Assembly: GCA_963826785.1 (NCBI GenBank)
Contig: CAWGYD010000006.1
Coordinates: 320,001-384,000 of the forward strand
DNA: 64,000 nt
Reading direction: 5' to 3'
Source of the DNA: an uncultured delta proteobacterium
GTDB lineage: Bacteria > Desulfobacterota > Desulfobacteria > Desulfobacterales > Desulfosalsimonadaceae
The position numbers and the translations under genes were made by a program. Of the stretch, positions 11,396 to 21,139 are shown piece by piece (the first letter of the stretch is position 1; each line of letters opens with the position of its first letter). The notes beneath the pieces were generated by a model. The model saw only the letters and a program-made list of their open reading frames with translations. It did no database searches and was not told where the DNA came from.

Positions 11396-12251
11396 ATGGG
11401 CCGGTCATCAACTGGAACTGGGCGCCACCACCCGCATCATGGGCATTTTAAACGTCACCCCGGATTCCTTTTCGGACGGCGGCCGGTTTTTCGGCCTGGA
11501 TGCGGCATTGCGGCAGGCCGAACGGCTGGTGGGAGAAGGGGCGGATATTCTCGATATCGGAGGGGAATCCACGCGCCCGTTTTCGGATCCGGTTTCGGTT
11601 GAAGAAGAGCTGCGGCGCGTCCTGCCGGTGATTGAATACCTGGCACCGAAAATCCCCATCCCCATTTCCATAGATACCTGCAAGGCGGCTGTGGCCAAAG
11701 CGGCCATTTCCGCAGGGGCATCCATCATCAACGACATCAGTGCGCTGCGGTTTGACCCCATGATGGCGGACACCGCCGCAAAGCACCCGGTGCTTGCGAT
11801 TCTGATGCACATGAAGGGTACGCCCAAGAATATGCAGGCCGAACCGGTCTATGATGATCCGGTAAAGGAGATTCATGGATTTCTCTGTGATGCGGTTTTC
11901 CGGGCAGAGGCTGCCGGTATTCCAAAGAAGCGTCTCATCATCGATCCGGGCATCGGCTTTGGCAAAACCATGATGCACAACCTGTATCTGATCAAACATC
12001 TCGATGCATTTCTGGATATCGGCGTCCCGATCATGATCGGAACCTCGCGCAAAGCGTTTATCCGCAGACTGTTAAAATCAGAAGCGGGAGCTGAACTATC
12101 TCCCGAAGATGACCGCGTCATTACCGGCACCCAGGCGACGGTCGCCTGCGCTGTCTTGAAAGGCGCCCATCTGGTGCGGGTGCATGACGTGGCCGCTGCA
12201 TCGGCCACCTGCAGGATTGCCGATGCAATTAGAGCCGCGGTGAATGCCTGA
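11376..12251 (+). CDS. folP: Dihydropteroate synthase
   Basis: MGILNVTPDSFSDGG, DIGGESTRP, DPGIGFGK, SRK and RVHDV motifs. Confidence 0.98.
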   Translation: MKTFRLEWAGHQLELGATTRIMGILNVTPDSFSDGGRFFGLDAALRQAERLVGEGADILDIGGESTRPFSDPVSVEEELRRVLPVIEYLAPKIPIPISIDTCKAAVAKAAISAGASIINDISALRFDPMMADTAAKHPVLAILMHMKGTPKNMQAEPVYDDPVKEIHGFLCDAVFRAEAAGIPKKRLIIDPGIGFGKTMMHNLYLIKHLDAFLDIGVPIMIGTSRKAFIRRLLKSEAGAELSPEDDRVITGTQATVACAVLKGAHLVRVHDVAAASATCRIADAIRAAVNA

Positions 12252-12309
12252 TCGAAAAACCGCATATTTTTGTTTTTTGGCCCAGACCTCGAATTACAGG
12301 ACCGCTCAT

Positions 12310-13077
12310 ATGCTGCTGGTAGTAGACGTCGGCAACACCCACACGGTAATCGGATTGTTTGAAAACGACCGCCTGAAAAAAGACTGGCGCATTCATACCG
12401 AACCGGCGGCCACAGAAGATGAACTCAACATCCTGCTTTCGGGTCTGTTTGCCGCCGAATCCATTGAGCGCAAACAAATCCGGCGGACAGTGGCTTCCTG
12501 CGTGGTCCCTCCCATGATGAAACTGCTGGATGCTTACTGCCGCAAATATCTGGGGCATGCCCCCGTTTGGATTGAGGCGTCGAATGTCCGCATGCCGGTA
12601 CTTTACGATAATCCGGGGGAAGTGGGGGCAGACCGGCTGGTCAATGCGGTGGCCGCCTATCACCTTTATCCCACCAGCCTGATTGTGATCGATTTTGGCA
12701 CCGCCACCACCTTCGATGCGATTTCGGCAAAAGGGGAATACATTGGCGGGGCCATCGCGCCCGGGATCGGAATTTCCGCCGAAGCCCTGTTTCAGAGGGC
12801 TTCGAAGCTCCCCCGGGTGGAACTCTTCAATCCTCCGGCCACCGTTATCGGCAAAAATACAGCCAACAGCATGAAATCGGGCATTATCTATGGATACGCG
12901 GAAATGGTGGATGGCATGGTCGGCCGCATGGCCGCGGAAATGGGCGAACCTGCGCCCAGGGTGATCGCCACCGGGGGGCTGGCGGTGCTCATCAAACCCA
13001 TTTCACGCACCATCGAACAGGTGGAGACCGGATTAACGCTGGAGGGGTTGAGGCTGTTGAGCAAGGATCTGAACTGA
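12310..13077 (+). CDS. coaX: Type III pantothenate kinase
   Basis: VDVGNT, GADR, IDFGTATT and GGAIAPG motifs; start placed at ATG 12310. Confidence 0.96.
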   Translation: MLLVVDVGNTHTVIGLFENDRLKKDWRIHTEPAATEDELNILLSGLFAAESIERKQIRRTVASCVVPPMMKLLDAYCRKYLGHAPVWIEASNVRMPVLYDNPGEVGADRLVNAVAAYHLYPTSLIVIDFGTATTFDAISAKGEYIGGAIAPGIGISAEALFQRASKLPRVELFNPPATVIGKNTANSMKSGIIYGYAEMVDGMVGRMAAEMGEPAPRVIATGGLAVLIKPISRTIEQVETGLTLEGLRLLSKDLN

Positions 13078-13108
13078 TTTCTAAATATCAAAAGGGCGTA
13101 AACGGGCT

Positions 13109-13270
13109 CTATCGCATCTGCATATCGGTTTCCAGCTGCGCAATTTCATGTTGCAGCTGTTCTTTTTCCGCATCCGTGAGTCCTTCCCGGTTCAATCGCC
13201 TCCGCAGCCCCAGCAGCATCATTTCCTGACGGTATTCATTGCAGGTGTAAGGACTCTTTTTCCCTTCCAT
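13109..13270 (-). CDS. Small hypothetical protein (53 aa)
   Basis: Manual translation MEGKKSPYTCNEYRQEMMLLGLRRRLNREGLTDAEKEQLQHEIAQLETDMQMR; its ATG overlaps the upstream stop (TGATG). Below the ORF-track length cutoff. Confidence 0.7.
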   Translation of the reverse strand: MEGKKSPYTCNEYRQEMMLLGLRRRLNREGLTDAEKEQLQHEIAQLETDMQMR

Positions 13271-13935
13271 CAGGCCAGCCCCATCCGCTTCTGGCCTTCT
13301 TTGAACACCGCATAAAAGAGCTCGTATTCACGGATACCGCGGCTTAAAACCCGGTCCAATTCTCCCATATCATTGGAATTGAGAATCATGTTGACGCTGT
13401 TTAAAAATGCGGCCATGTTGTCCATGGTGGAAAAACGGCGGGTGATGAGGACGACAAAGATATTTCGCCGAACATCCATGCTCAGCCGCTCCAGATAGAT
13501 CAGCACCCCGTTGGTGGCGGGATCACTGCCGGCAAATGAATCGTTTACCATCACCAGATCATAGGTGTGATATTTCATTTTTCTCAGCGCATCCCTGACG
13601 TCTTCAGCAACGGTGATATGGTATTCCATGATGTTGAGCACCGTTTTGATCTGCTCCAGCGCAATCGGATCCTCCTCGCACAGGATGGCGGTCTTGCCTT
13701 CTTCTTCCAGAAAGTCAAACGGCTTTTCGGAGACATCGTACTCGTCTGATTCCGGGTTTGCGTCAAAGCCGTGGGCCTTTTTCGCCGGAAGCGGCTCGGC
13801 AGTGCCCGACACCGACCGGTCCACCACGATCCGGCCCTTGCATTTCGGGCATCTCAAGGAAGAAACCTTGCCTTCGGCAACCTTTTCGTCGGCAATGGTA
13901 AACTTGCTTCTGCAATGCTCGCAGCTGATATCCAT
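13270..13935 (-). CDS. Zinc-ribbon (MJ0042-type finger) plus receiver-like domain protein
   Basis: N-terminal CEHC...CPKC; C-terminal AILCEED...YDLVMVND receiver-like pattern. Confidence 0.75.
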   Translation of the reverse strand: MDISCEHCRSKFTIADEKVAEGKVSSLRCPKCKGRIVVDRSVSGTAEPLPAKKAHGFDANPESDEYDVSEKPFDFLEEEGKTAILCEEDPIALEQIKTVLNIMEYHITVAEDVRDALRKMKYHTYDLVMVNDSFAGSDPATNGVLIYLERLSMDVRRNIFVVLITRRFSTMDNMAAFLNSVNMILNSNDMGELDRVLSRGIREYELFYAVFKEGQKRMGLA

Positions 13936-14018
13936 TTGTTCTAATATCCCCTTTGATTAAAGAAAGCGACTGCGGTTAAGGATCGATATGAATTTTGTTC
14001 AGTATTCCGGAGGATGTC

Positions 14019-15188
14019 TTACCACCGCTTTTTGCCGTATCCCATATCGATTTCCAGCTTGTCGATTTCGGTGGTCATCTGGCCCCGGGAGCTTTTGACC
14101 GTATCGATCCCCCTTCCCACAATCGACCGGCGGGAGGAATAGCCGATGGCGGTTTCTTCGGAGATCAGTCCTTTTTCGAACAGGCCGATGATGTAGTTGT
14201 CAAAGGTGGTCCAGCCAAACGCTCTGCCGGCCTCCATCATGTCATAGAAGGTCTTCCCCTCATCTTCTCCGTTCAGGATGGAATCCTTTACCCGCAGGCT
14301 GGTTCCCAGGATTTCAAAGGCGGCGATCCGCCCGCCGCCGGATTTGGGGAGCAGGCGCTGACAAACCACCCATCGGAGGGTATCGGAGAGCCGGGTCCGG
14401 ACCTGATTTTCCTCTTCGGTTGAAAAAAGGCCGAGTACCCGGTTGATGGTCTGGCCCGCATCCACCGTATGAAGGGTGGTCAGCACCAGATGTCCGGTTT
14501 CTGCGGCGGTCAGGCCAATTTCAACGGTTTCCCGATCCCGCATTTCACCCACCAGGATCACCTTGGGCGCCTGGCGAAGCGCGGCCCGAAGCCCCTTGGA
14601 AAACTCGCTGAAATCCTTGCCCAGTTCCCGCTGGTTGAAGGTGGCTTTCTTGTGAGAATGGATATACTCAATGGGATCTTCCAGGGTGACGATGTGCACG
14701 GCCTTGTTTCTGTTGATTTCTTCCAGGATGGCCGCAAGGGAGGTGGTTTTACCCGTTCCGGTGGCGCCGGTAAAAATAATGATGCCGTTTCTTTCCTGGG
14801 CGATTTTAAAGAACACCTCCGGCAGGTTCATCTCCTTTACCGTCGGGATCTTGGTTTCCAGCTGCCGGAGGACGATGGAATAATTGCCGGACTGAGAAAA
14901 GACGTTCACCCGGAACCGGGCCTTTCCGGGAAGCGCATAGGACAGATCGCAGGAGCCTTCTTTTAAAAGGATTTCCGTCAGCCGACGGTCCCGGTTGACC
15001 AGGTTTAATGCCACGGTCTCGGTTTGAAACGGGGTCAGCGTTTTTAATGCCGGCTTCATTTCCACCGGCGCCAGTTCCCCATACGATTCCACCTGAAGCG
15101 GTTTGCCCACGGTAAAGTTAAGGTCGGAGACGCTTTCATGCGAATCGAGCATGGTGGTCAGTATATGATCGATTTCCGGTTTTTTCAT
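14019..15188 (-). CDS. PilT/PilU family type IV pilus ATPase
   Basis: GATGTGKTT, TLEDPIE, ALRQAPKVILVGEMRD and TGHLVLTTLH motifs. Confidence 0.93.
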   Translation of the reverse strand: MKKPEIDHILTTMLDSHESVSDLNFTVGKPLQVESYGELAPVEMKPALKTLTPFQTETVALNLVNRDRRLTEILLKEGSCDLSYALPGKARFRVNVFSQSGNYSIVLRQLETKIPTVKEMNLPEVFFKIAQERNGIIIFTGATGTGKTTSLAAILEEINRNKAVHIVTLEDPIEYIHSHKKATFNQRELGKDFSEFSKGLRAALRQAPKVILVGEMRDRETVEIGLTAAETGHLVLTTLHTVDAGQTINRVLGLFSTEEENQVRTRLSDTLRWVVCQRLLPKSGGGRIAAFEILGTSLRVKDSILNGEDEGKTFYDMMEAGRAFGWTTFDNYIIGLFEKGLISEETAIGYSSRRSIVGRGIDTVKSSRGQMTTEIDKLEIDMGYGKKRW

Positions 15189-15215
15189 ACCTCAACCCCT
15201 TTTTGATGTTTTAGA

Positions 15216-16298
15216 TCAAGCCTCGGTGAAATCGACGGGCGGCGATTTCAGCAACGGTCTAAACCGCTGTTTTTCATTGGACTTGCTATAGGCATCCTCC
15301 GCGCTGATCCACCCCTTGTTGTAAAGATTCATGACGGCATCATCTAAAAGCTGCATGCCGTATTTCTTCCCCGTCTGCATGGACGAGGGAAGCTGGTGGG
15401 TCTTGGCCTCCCGGATCAGGTTTCTCACCGCCGGGGTGGCGATGAGGACTTCCAGGGCGGGACATCGGCCCTTGCGGTCGATCCGCTTGAACAGCACCTG
15501 GGCAATCACCGCCCGGATGCTGTCGGACAGGGTGGACCGGATCTGATCCTGCTTTTCGGAAGGGAAAACCTCGACAATACGGTCCACGGTTTTCATGGCG
15601 CTGGAAGTATGCAGCGTGGAGAAAACCAGATGCCCGGTGGAAGCCGCTTCAATGGCCAGCTGCATGGTTTCCAGATCCCGCATTTCCCCCACCATGATCA
15701 CATCGGGGTCTTCCCGGAGCGCACCCCTCAGAGCAGACGCGAACGATTTGGTATGCACCCCGATCTCCCGCTGGTTGACAATACAGCCCTGGCTTTCATG
15801 CACGAATTCGATGGGGTCTTCCACCGTGATGATGTGATCCTTGCGCAGCCGGTTGGCCTCGTCGATTACCGCGGCCAGGGTCGTGGATTTGCCGCTTCCC
15901 GTGGGGCCGGTGACAATCACCAGTCCCCGGGGGAGGGTGGCCAGTTTGGCGATGACCGACGGCAGGCCGAGCTGTTCACAGGACATGATATTGTTGGGAA
16001 TCTGCCTGAACACCGCCCCTACGCCGTTTCGCTGCATGAAAAAATTCGCCCGGTACCGCGCCAGGCCGGGAATCTCATAGCCGAAGTCCACGTCACCGGT
16101 TTCCTCAAAATGCTTGATCTTGTCTTCCGGCGCGATTTCATAGACCATGCTGCGCAGATCATTGTTGTTCAGGACCTTGTACTTGATTCGCTCGATGTCT
16201 CCCCGGATCCGCAAGGCGGGCTGCTGCCCGGATACCAGATGCAGATCGGAGGCGCCCTGATCATTCATCAGCTTGAAAAAGGCATCAATTTTGGCCAT
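15216..16298 (-). CDS. pilT: Type IV pilus retraction ATPase PilT
   Basis: GPTGSGKSTT, ALREDPDVIMVGEMRD and the AIRNLIRE-like AVRNLIRE motif. Confidence 0.95.
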   Translation of the reverse strand: MAKIDAFFKLMNDQGASDLHLVSGQQPALRIRGDIERIKYKVLNNNDLRSMVYEIAPEDKIKHFEETGDVDFGYEIPGLARYRANFFMQRNGVGAVFRQIPNNIMSCEQLGLPSVIAKLATLPRGLVIVTGPTGSGKSTTLAAVIDEANRLRKDHIITVEDPIEFVHESQGCIVNQREIGVHTKSFASALRGALREDPDVIMVGEMRDLETMQLAIEAASTGHLVFSTLHTSSAMKTVDRIVEVFPSEKQDQIRSTLSDSIRAVIAQVLFKRIDRKGRCPALEVLIATPAVRNLIREAKTHQLPSSMQTGKKYGMQLLDDAVMNLYNKGWISAEDAYSKSNEKQRFRPLLKSPPVDFTEA

Positions 16299-16385
16299 GC
16301 ACGATACTCCTGATAAAGATGAATTTTGAGATTAAACCGCTTGAACGATTTCGTGCTTACAAATATCAGGTGATGGTAAAGCCGA

Positions 16386-16712
16386 TTATCGGATCGGGAC
16401 AAAACCCCTTGCGCCGACCAGGTTTCCGGCGGCCATAAATAAGGTATCGACGATCAGGACACGCAAAAACACGATGGCCAGGATAATGAGAATCGGTGAG
16501 AAATCGATTCCGCTGAACACCGTGGGGATACGTGATCGGACCTGATACAGCACCGGTTCCGTCGCCTGATTGATAAACCGGACGATGGGGTTGTAGGGAT
16601 CAGGGCTCACCCACGACAAGATGGCATGCGCGATGATGATCCACATGTACAGGGTCAGGCCGATATCGATCACCTGGGCAATGGCTTTGATGAAGTTCGC
16701 AAGCACTATCAT
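16386..16712 (-). CDS. yggT: YggT family membrane protein
   Basis: ILSWVSPDPYNPIVRFI...TEPVL...IDFSP signature. Confidence 0.92.
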   Translation of the reverse strand: MIVLANFIKAIAQVIDIGLTLYMWIIIAHAILSWVSPDPYNPIVRFINQATEPVLYQVRSRIPTVFSGIDFSPILIILAIVFLRVLIVDTLFMAAGNLVGARGFVPIR

Positions 16713-16925
16713 TTTAGAACTCTTTGCGGGTGCAGGGTGTCGGGAAGTGCGTTATCAAAGAATAGAACAGACATTGCTTATAAATAAGGTTTTTTTCCGT
16801 TTAAAGTCAAGTCCATTTCCAAGTTAGCAATTGACATTAGCGCCCATAATGACGATATTAAGCGTTAATTGTAAAATCTCTTCGAAACCGGTTCAATGCT
16901 TAAGTGATTGTATTAATGGGATTAA

Positions 16926-17780
16926 ATGAAAATGATTGAGGTGAACATCGGATTTATCGGCGCCGGCAACATGGGCGAGGCCATGATCGCCGCTTTGCTC
17001 TCGTCTGGCCTGTCCGCACCGAAGCACCTGTTTGCCTGCGATGCCGACGCGTCCCGAATCGATTTTCTGAAAACCAAATATGCCATCCATGCTCTGCCCG
17101 CCGCCAGCGACATCGTCAGCGCCTGCGACGTCATCATTTTCGCGGTAAAGCCCCAGTCCATGGGGGAACTCCTCAATACGCTGCAGTCCAAAGGCGTGTT
17201 TAAAACCATTGCCGGCCGCAAGCGCTTCATCTCCATTGCTGCGGGCATCCGAATCGAAAAACTGGAAGAATCGATCTACGCGGGCCTGGACAAAAACATG
17301 CAATCGCGGCTGCCGGTCATCCGGGTGATGCCCAATACCCCTGCGCTGGTGGGCGAAGGCATTTCAGGCATTTGTGCAAATGCGCATGCCGATAAAGAGG
17401 ATCTTGAAATCGCCAAAGCGATACTTTCGGCCATGGGGAACGTTTTCGAGTGCCGGGAAGCGGAAATGGATGCCGTGACCGCCCTGTCCGGATCCGGGCC
17501 GGCCTACTGTTTCTATCTGGCCGAAGCCATGATCAACGCCGGATGTCATCTGGGTTTCGACCTGAAGCGCTCCAGCGAACTGGTGCTTTCTACCCTGAAG
17601 GGGGCGGTCGCCCTCATCGAAAAGCTTGGCCAGCCGGCAGAAGAGCTCCGCCGACGGGTCACATCTCCCGGCGGCACCACCGAGGCTGCCATTCGGCATT
17701 TAGACGACCGAAATGTCAAGCAGGCCATCGAAGAGGCGATCTTCGCTGCGGCAAAACGTTCCAGCGAACTCAGCGCCTGA
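16926..17780 (+). CDS. proC: Pyrroline-5-carboxylate reductase
   Basis: GFIGAGNMG, AVKPQ, RVMPNTP, SGSGPAY and VTSPGGTT motifs. Confidence 0.98.
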   Translation: MKMIEVNIGFIGAGNMGEAMIAALLSSGLSAPKHLFACDADASRIDFLKTKYAIHALPAASDIVSACDVIIFAVKPQSMGELLNTLQSKGVFKTIAGRKRFISIAAGIRIEKLEESIYAGLDKNMQSRLPVIRVMPNTPALVGEGISGICANAHADKEDLEIAKAILSAMGNVFECREAEMDAVTALSGSGPAYCFYLAEAMINAGCHLGFDLKRSSELVLSTLKGAVALIEKLGQPAEELRRRVTSPGGTTEAAIRHLDDRNVKQAIEEAIFAAAKRSSELSA

Positions 17781-17813
17781 TTTTATCAACCCCATTTATC
17801 CCAAAAGATATCG

Positions 17814-18521
17814 ATGTTTACCGAGACCGTATCATACTCCGCCGCATTTTTCTTCGGCCTTCTGTCTTTTCTGTCCCCCTGCGTGCTGCCGCTGATCCCG
17901 GCATACTTCAGTTTTATCACCGGATTATCCCTCGATGAACTCCTGAGCGGAAATGTCAGCGGCATCCGGGGAAAGGTCTTTTTCTCCACACTGTCCTTTG
18001 TCTGCGGATTTTCATTGTTGTTTATCATCCTGGGCGCCTCCGCCACATATCTGGGCAACATCATCGCCCAATACAAGGAGTACATCCGCATCATCGGCGG
18101 CGTCATCATCATCATTTTAGGAATTCACCTGATGGGGGTATTGCGCATCCGGCGGCTGGATGCGGAAAAACGGATCCATCTGGAGAGAAAGCCGCTTCAT
18201 TTCCTGGGCGCTTTTGTGGTGGGGATGGCCTTCGGCGCCGGTTGGAGCCCCTGCATCGGACCGCTTCTGGGATCCATTCTGGTGATTGCCAGCAGCAAGG
18301 AGACCATCCAGCAGGGAATCCTTCTCCTGGGGATCTATGCGGCCGGTCTGGCCCTGCCGTTTATCCTCATTTCCCTGTTTATCAATTTCATGCTGGAATT
18401 TTTGCACCGGGCATCCCGGTTTTTAAAATATGCCAACCGGGCATCCGGGGCATTGCTGATCATTGTCGGCATCCTTCTGATCACCAACAGCTTTACCTTC
18501 ATCAGCACATGGTTTGTTTAG
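17814..18521 (+). CDS. ccdA: Cytochrome c biogenesis protein CcdA (DsbD transmembrane domain)
   Basis: SFLSPCVLPLIP and GWSPCIGP motifs; multiple TM segments. Confidence 0.95.
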   Translation: MFTETVSYSAAFFFGLLSFLSPCVLPLIPAYFSFITGLSLDELLSGNVSGIRGKVFFSTLSFVCGFSLLFIILGASATYLGNIIAQYKEYIRIIGGVIIIILGIHLMGVLRIRRLDAEKRIHLERKPLHFLGAFVVGMAFGAGWSPCIGPLLGSILVIASSKETIQQGILLLGIYAAGLALPFILISLFINFMLEFLHRASRFLKYANRASGALLIIVGILLITNSFTFISTWFV

Positions 18522-18545
18522 GACTCAACCCATAAGGAGATTCTC

Positions 18546-19040
18546 ATGCAGCGCAAATTCATATATATGCTCGGATTTTTGATCTGCCTGTCTTTGCTGG
18601 CGGGTCCGGTGATATCCGCTTCGGACAACACCGCTTCCACCACCGCCACTGCCGAAACCGGAATCAAATGGATTTCGTACACGGACGGCATCAAGAAAAT
18701 CAAGGAGGAGAACAAAAAAGGATTCCTTCATTTTTACACCGACTGGTGTACCTACTGCAAGATCATGAACAAAAATACGTTTGCGGACAAGGCCGTGATC
18801 GACTATTTGAATGAAAATTTCGTTCCCATCCGGGTCAATGCGGAAAAAGAGCGGGACCCGGCCAAGAAATACAATGTCGACCGGTTCCCCACCAACTTCT
18901 TTATCGCCGGGGACGGAAGCACCATCGGCAACCGTCCGGGATACATCCCTCCGGATATGATGCTGAACATGTTGAAATACATCAAGACGGACAGCTACAA
19001 AAGCATCAGCTTCAGTGATTTTCTCGCAAAGAAAAATTGA
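18546..19040 (+). CDS. Exported thioredoxin-fold protein
   Basis: Signal peptide, WCTYC CxxC motif, FPT cis-Pro loop; follows ccdA. Confidence 0.88.
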   Translation: MQRKFIYMLGFLICLSLLAGPVISASDNTASTTATAETGIKWISYTDGIKKIKEENKKGFLHFYTDWCTYCKIMNKNTFADKAVIDYLNENFVPIRVNAEKERDPAKKYNVDRFPTNFFIAGDGSTIGNRPGYIPPDMMLNMLKYIKTDSYKSISFSDFLAKKN

Positions 19041-19681
19041 CGGGGATTTCACGCCCCATGCAGACCCCGAAGCTGCCGCGGTTTGACGCTCCTTTTTTAA
19101 AACAACTGCTCGGTTCCGCCGCCCACCCGGGCAGCCCCGCTGCCGCCGCCGATTATGACCTTACCTGCGTGTTCATGCTGATTTTCCACAAAGGAGGGGA
19201 GCCTCACATCCTGGCGGTGCTCAAAGCCGACACGCCCGGTTATCCCTGGCGAAACCAGGTGGCTCTGCCGGGTGGGCATGTGGATCCTGAAGACATCGAT
19301 TCCCTGGCCGCCGCCTACCGTGAGCTTCAGGAAGAAATCGGCATTGACCGGAAACACGTGGAGTATATCGGGTCAATGGGGCATTTTCAAACGATTCGGA
19401 ACAAAGACATTCAGGTCTTTGTGGGATTGTGGAAGGAGGACCGTGCCGAACTTCGTTGTGAGGCCAAGGAAATTGCAGAAATAATTGAAATCCCAATTGA
19501 GTCCCTGCTGAAGACGCATCTGCAGGGAAATTTCAATGGATGCCTTCCTGATATACCGGATCTGCTTTATCCCTATGGACGGGTGACGGTCTGGGGCGCG
19601 ACGGCCCGCATCTTCCATTATTTCATGGAGCTGATCCTGGCCAACTTGGACCCGAACATCATAGAGGGGCTAAATGCCTGA
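19037..19681 (+). CDS. Nudix hydrolase (CoA pyrophosphatase-like)
   Basis: QVALPGG...AAYRELQEEIG Nudix box; VWGATARI. Confidence 0.88.
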   Translation: MTGISRPMQTPKLPRFDAPFLKQLLGSAAHPGSPAAAADYDLTCVFMLIFHKGGEPHILAVLKADTPGYPWRNQVALPGGHVDPEDIDSLAAAYRELQEEIGIDRKHVEYIGSMGHFQTIRNKDIQVFVGLWKEDRAELRCEAKEIAEIIEIPIESLLKTHLQGNFNGCLPDIPDLLYPYGRVTVWGATARIFHYFMELILANLDPNIIEGLNA

Positions 19682-19695
19682 AGCGGCGGGAATTC

Positions 19696-19953
19696 CTACA
19701 TCGGCGGTTTATGAAAATGACGCCCGACCAGGCGAATGAGAATGGAGACGCCTGTGCCGGCGCTCAAAACAACGATGAGCAGCGGTATCCAGACGTGGGC
19801 ACGAAAATCGGGGCAGAGTCGCGCCACCTTTATCCCGGTAAATCCGAACAGCGCCGCTGCCAGCATAAACAAAAAAACAATCGCACAGGCCAGATCCGAA
19901 TCATACCAGGGGATCAGGTTTTTGCGGAAAAAAGGGTTCGAATCGATTTGCAT
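19696..19953 (-). CDS. Small membrane protein (2 TM)
   Basis: Two hydrophobic segments; fills the intergenic gap. Confidence 0.6.
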   Translation of the reverse strand: MQIDSNPFFRKNLIPWYDSDLACAIVFLFMLAAALFGFTGIKVARLCPDFRAHVWIPLLIVVLSAGTGVSILIRLVGRHFHKPPM

Positions 19954-20024
19954 GGCGCATGTCTTTCAAGCGATCATCGGTAAGACGCATATCGCTGCTA
20001 ATCTGAACTGGGAGGAGGCCCCTC

Positions 20025-20981
20025 ATGGACTGCAGACATGTAAATACCATATCTTCCGAGCGCACGCAAGCACGACGATCAGGCCTTCGGATACCGCGCC
20101 TGATGGGCTGCATTCTAATCTGCCTGTGGCTTGCCGCCTGTGCGGCAGGGCCCAAGATGCTTAAGATAAAAGAGATTTCCACATCCTATCCCCCGGGAAC
20201 GATATTTTCCACTCAAAAGAAGGCGGTGGTCTCTTTTGCGGAATTGATGGCCGATCTGAACACCGTTCGTGTGGTGTATGCGGGGGAGCAGCATACCAAT
20301 CCCGCCCATCATGCCATTCAGCTCAAGATACTGACGGCTCTGCACGAGCAGCATCCGGGCCTGAAGGTGGGCATGGAGATGTTCGATCAGACCTATCAGC
20401 CGGTGCTCGACCAGTGGTCCGCCGGAGACCTGGACCGAAAAACATTCATTGAAAAAGTGCACTGGTATGTCAACTGGAAATTTGATTTTGACCTGTACAG
20501 CGGTATTCTCGATTATATCAAGGCAAACCACATCCCCCTGATCGGCTTGAACATCCCGCCATGCATTCCCCCCAAAATCGCCGCCGGTGGGATTGATAAC
20601 CTTCAGAAAAGAGACAAGGCCTTTTTGCCCGAAACACTTCACCTGTCAAATTCCGGCTACCGGGACTATCTCCAAAAAATCTTTAAAATGCACCATTTCA
20701 TGATGCATAGTAATTTTGAAAATTTCTATGTCGCCCAGAATGTATGGGACGATGTCATGGCCGAATCCGTGGTATCTCACATAGACGATCATGTCATGCT
20801 GGTATTGGCCGGAAACGGGCATCTCATATACGGATTCGGCATTCCCGATCGGGTGAATCAGCATTTGGCGGTGCCTTATCGCACCATTCTGCCGCTGCCG
20901 GCCGGCGAGTCGGCCGATCTGGATATGGCAGATTACCTATGGGTAACCGCATCTGAAACCGACCATGGGCTCACCGAATAG
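20025..20981 (+). CDS. ChaN family (heme/iron-related) lipoprotein; start uncertain
   Basis: LAAC lipobox; GEQHTNPAHH, GMEMF, AQNVWD and LAGNGH motifs. Confidence 0.85.
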   Translation: MDCRHVNTISSERTQARRSGLRIPRLMGCILICLWLAACAAGPKMLKIKEISTSYPPGTIFSTQKKAVVSFAELMADLNTVRVVYAGEQHTNPAHHAIQLKILTALHEQHPGLKVGMEMFDQTYQPVLDQWSAGDLDRKTFIEKVHWYVNWKFDFDLYSGILDYIKANHIPLIGLNIPPCIPPKIAAGGIDNLQKRDKAFLPETLHLSNSGYRDYLQKIFKMHHFMMHSNFENFYVAQNVWDDVMAESVVSHIDDHVMLVLAGNGHLIYGFGIPDRVNQHLAVPYRTILPLPAGESADLDMADYLWVTASETDHGLTE

Positions 20982-20983
20982 AA

Positions 20984-21030
20984 ACACAATATATTGATTT
21001 TTTTGTTTGACAAAATCCAATATATTGTGA
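20984..21030 (+). promoter_or_regulatory. Tandem NrdR boxes overlapping the nrdD promoter
   Basis: ACACAATATATTGATT (20984-20999) and ATCCAATATATTGTGA (21015-21030), 31 bp apart, flanking TTGACA (21007-21012); match the NrdR consensus acaCwAtATaTwGtg. Confidence 0.88.
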
Positions 21031-21139
21031 TAGCTTGTTTTCTCACATCATTGAAAAATCCCGTGTGCATCCTTACTTTAACCTGAAGAAACGGCGGCGC
21101 CCCTGAATGCAGCGCCAGGGAGTCACAGAAGGAGTCGAA

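Noticed and set aside
17814..19040. CcdA/thioredoxin as the electron donor for nearby NrdD
   Set aside because: The thioredoxin has a signal peptide (exported), while NrdD is cytoplasmic and has its own NrdR-controlled promoter.
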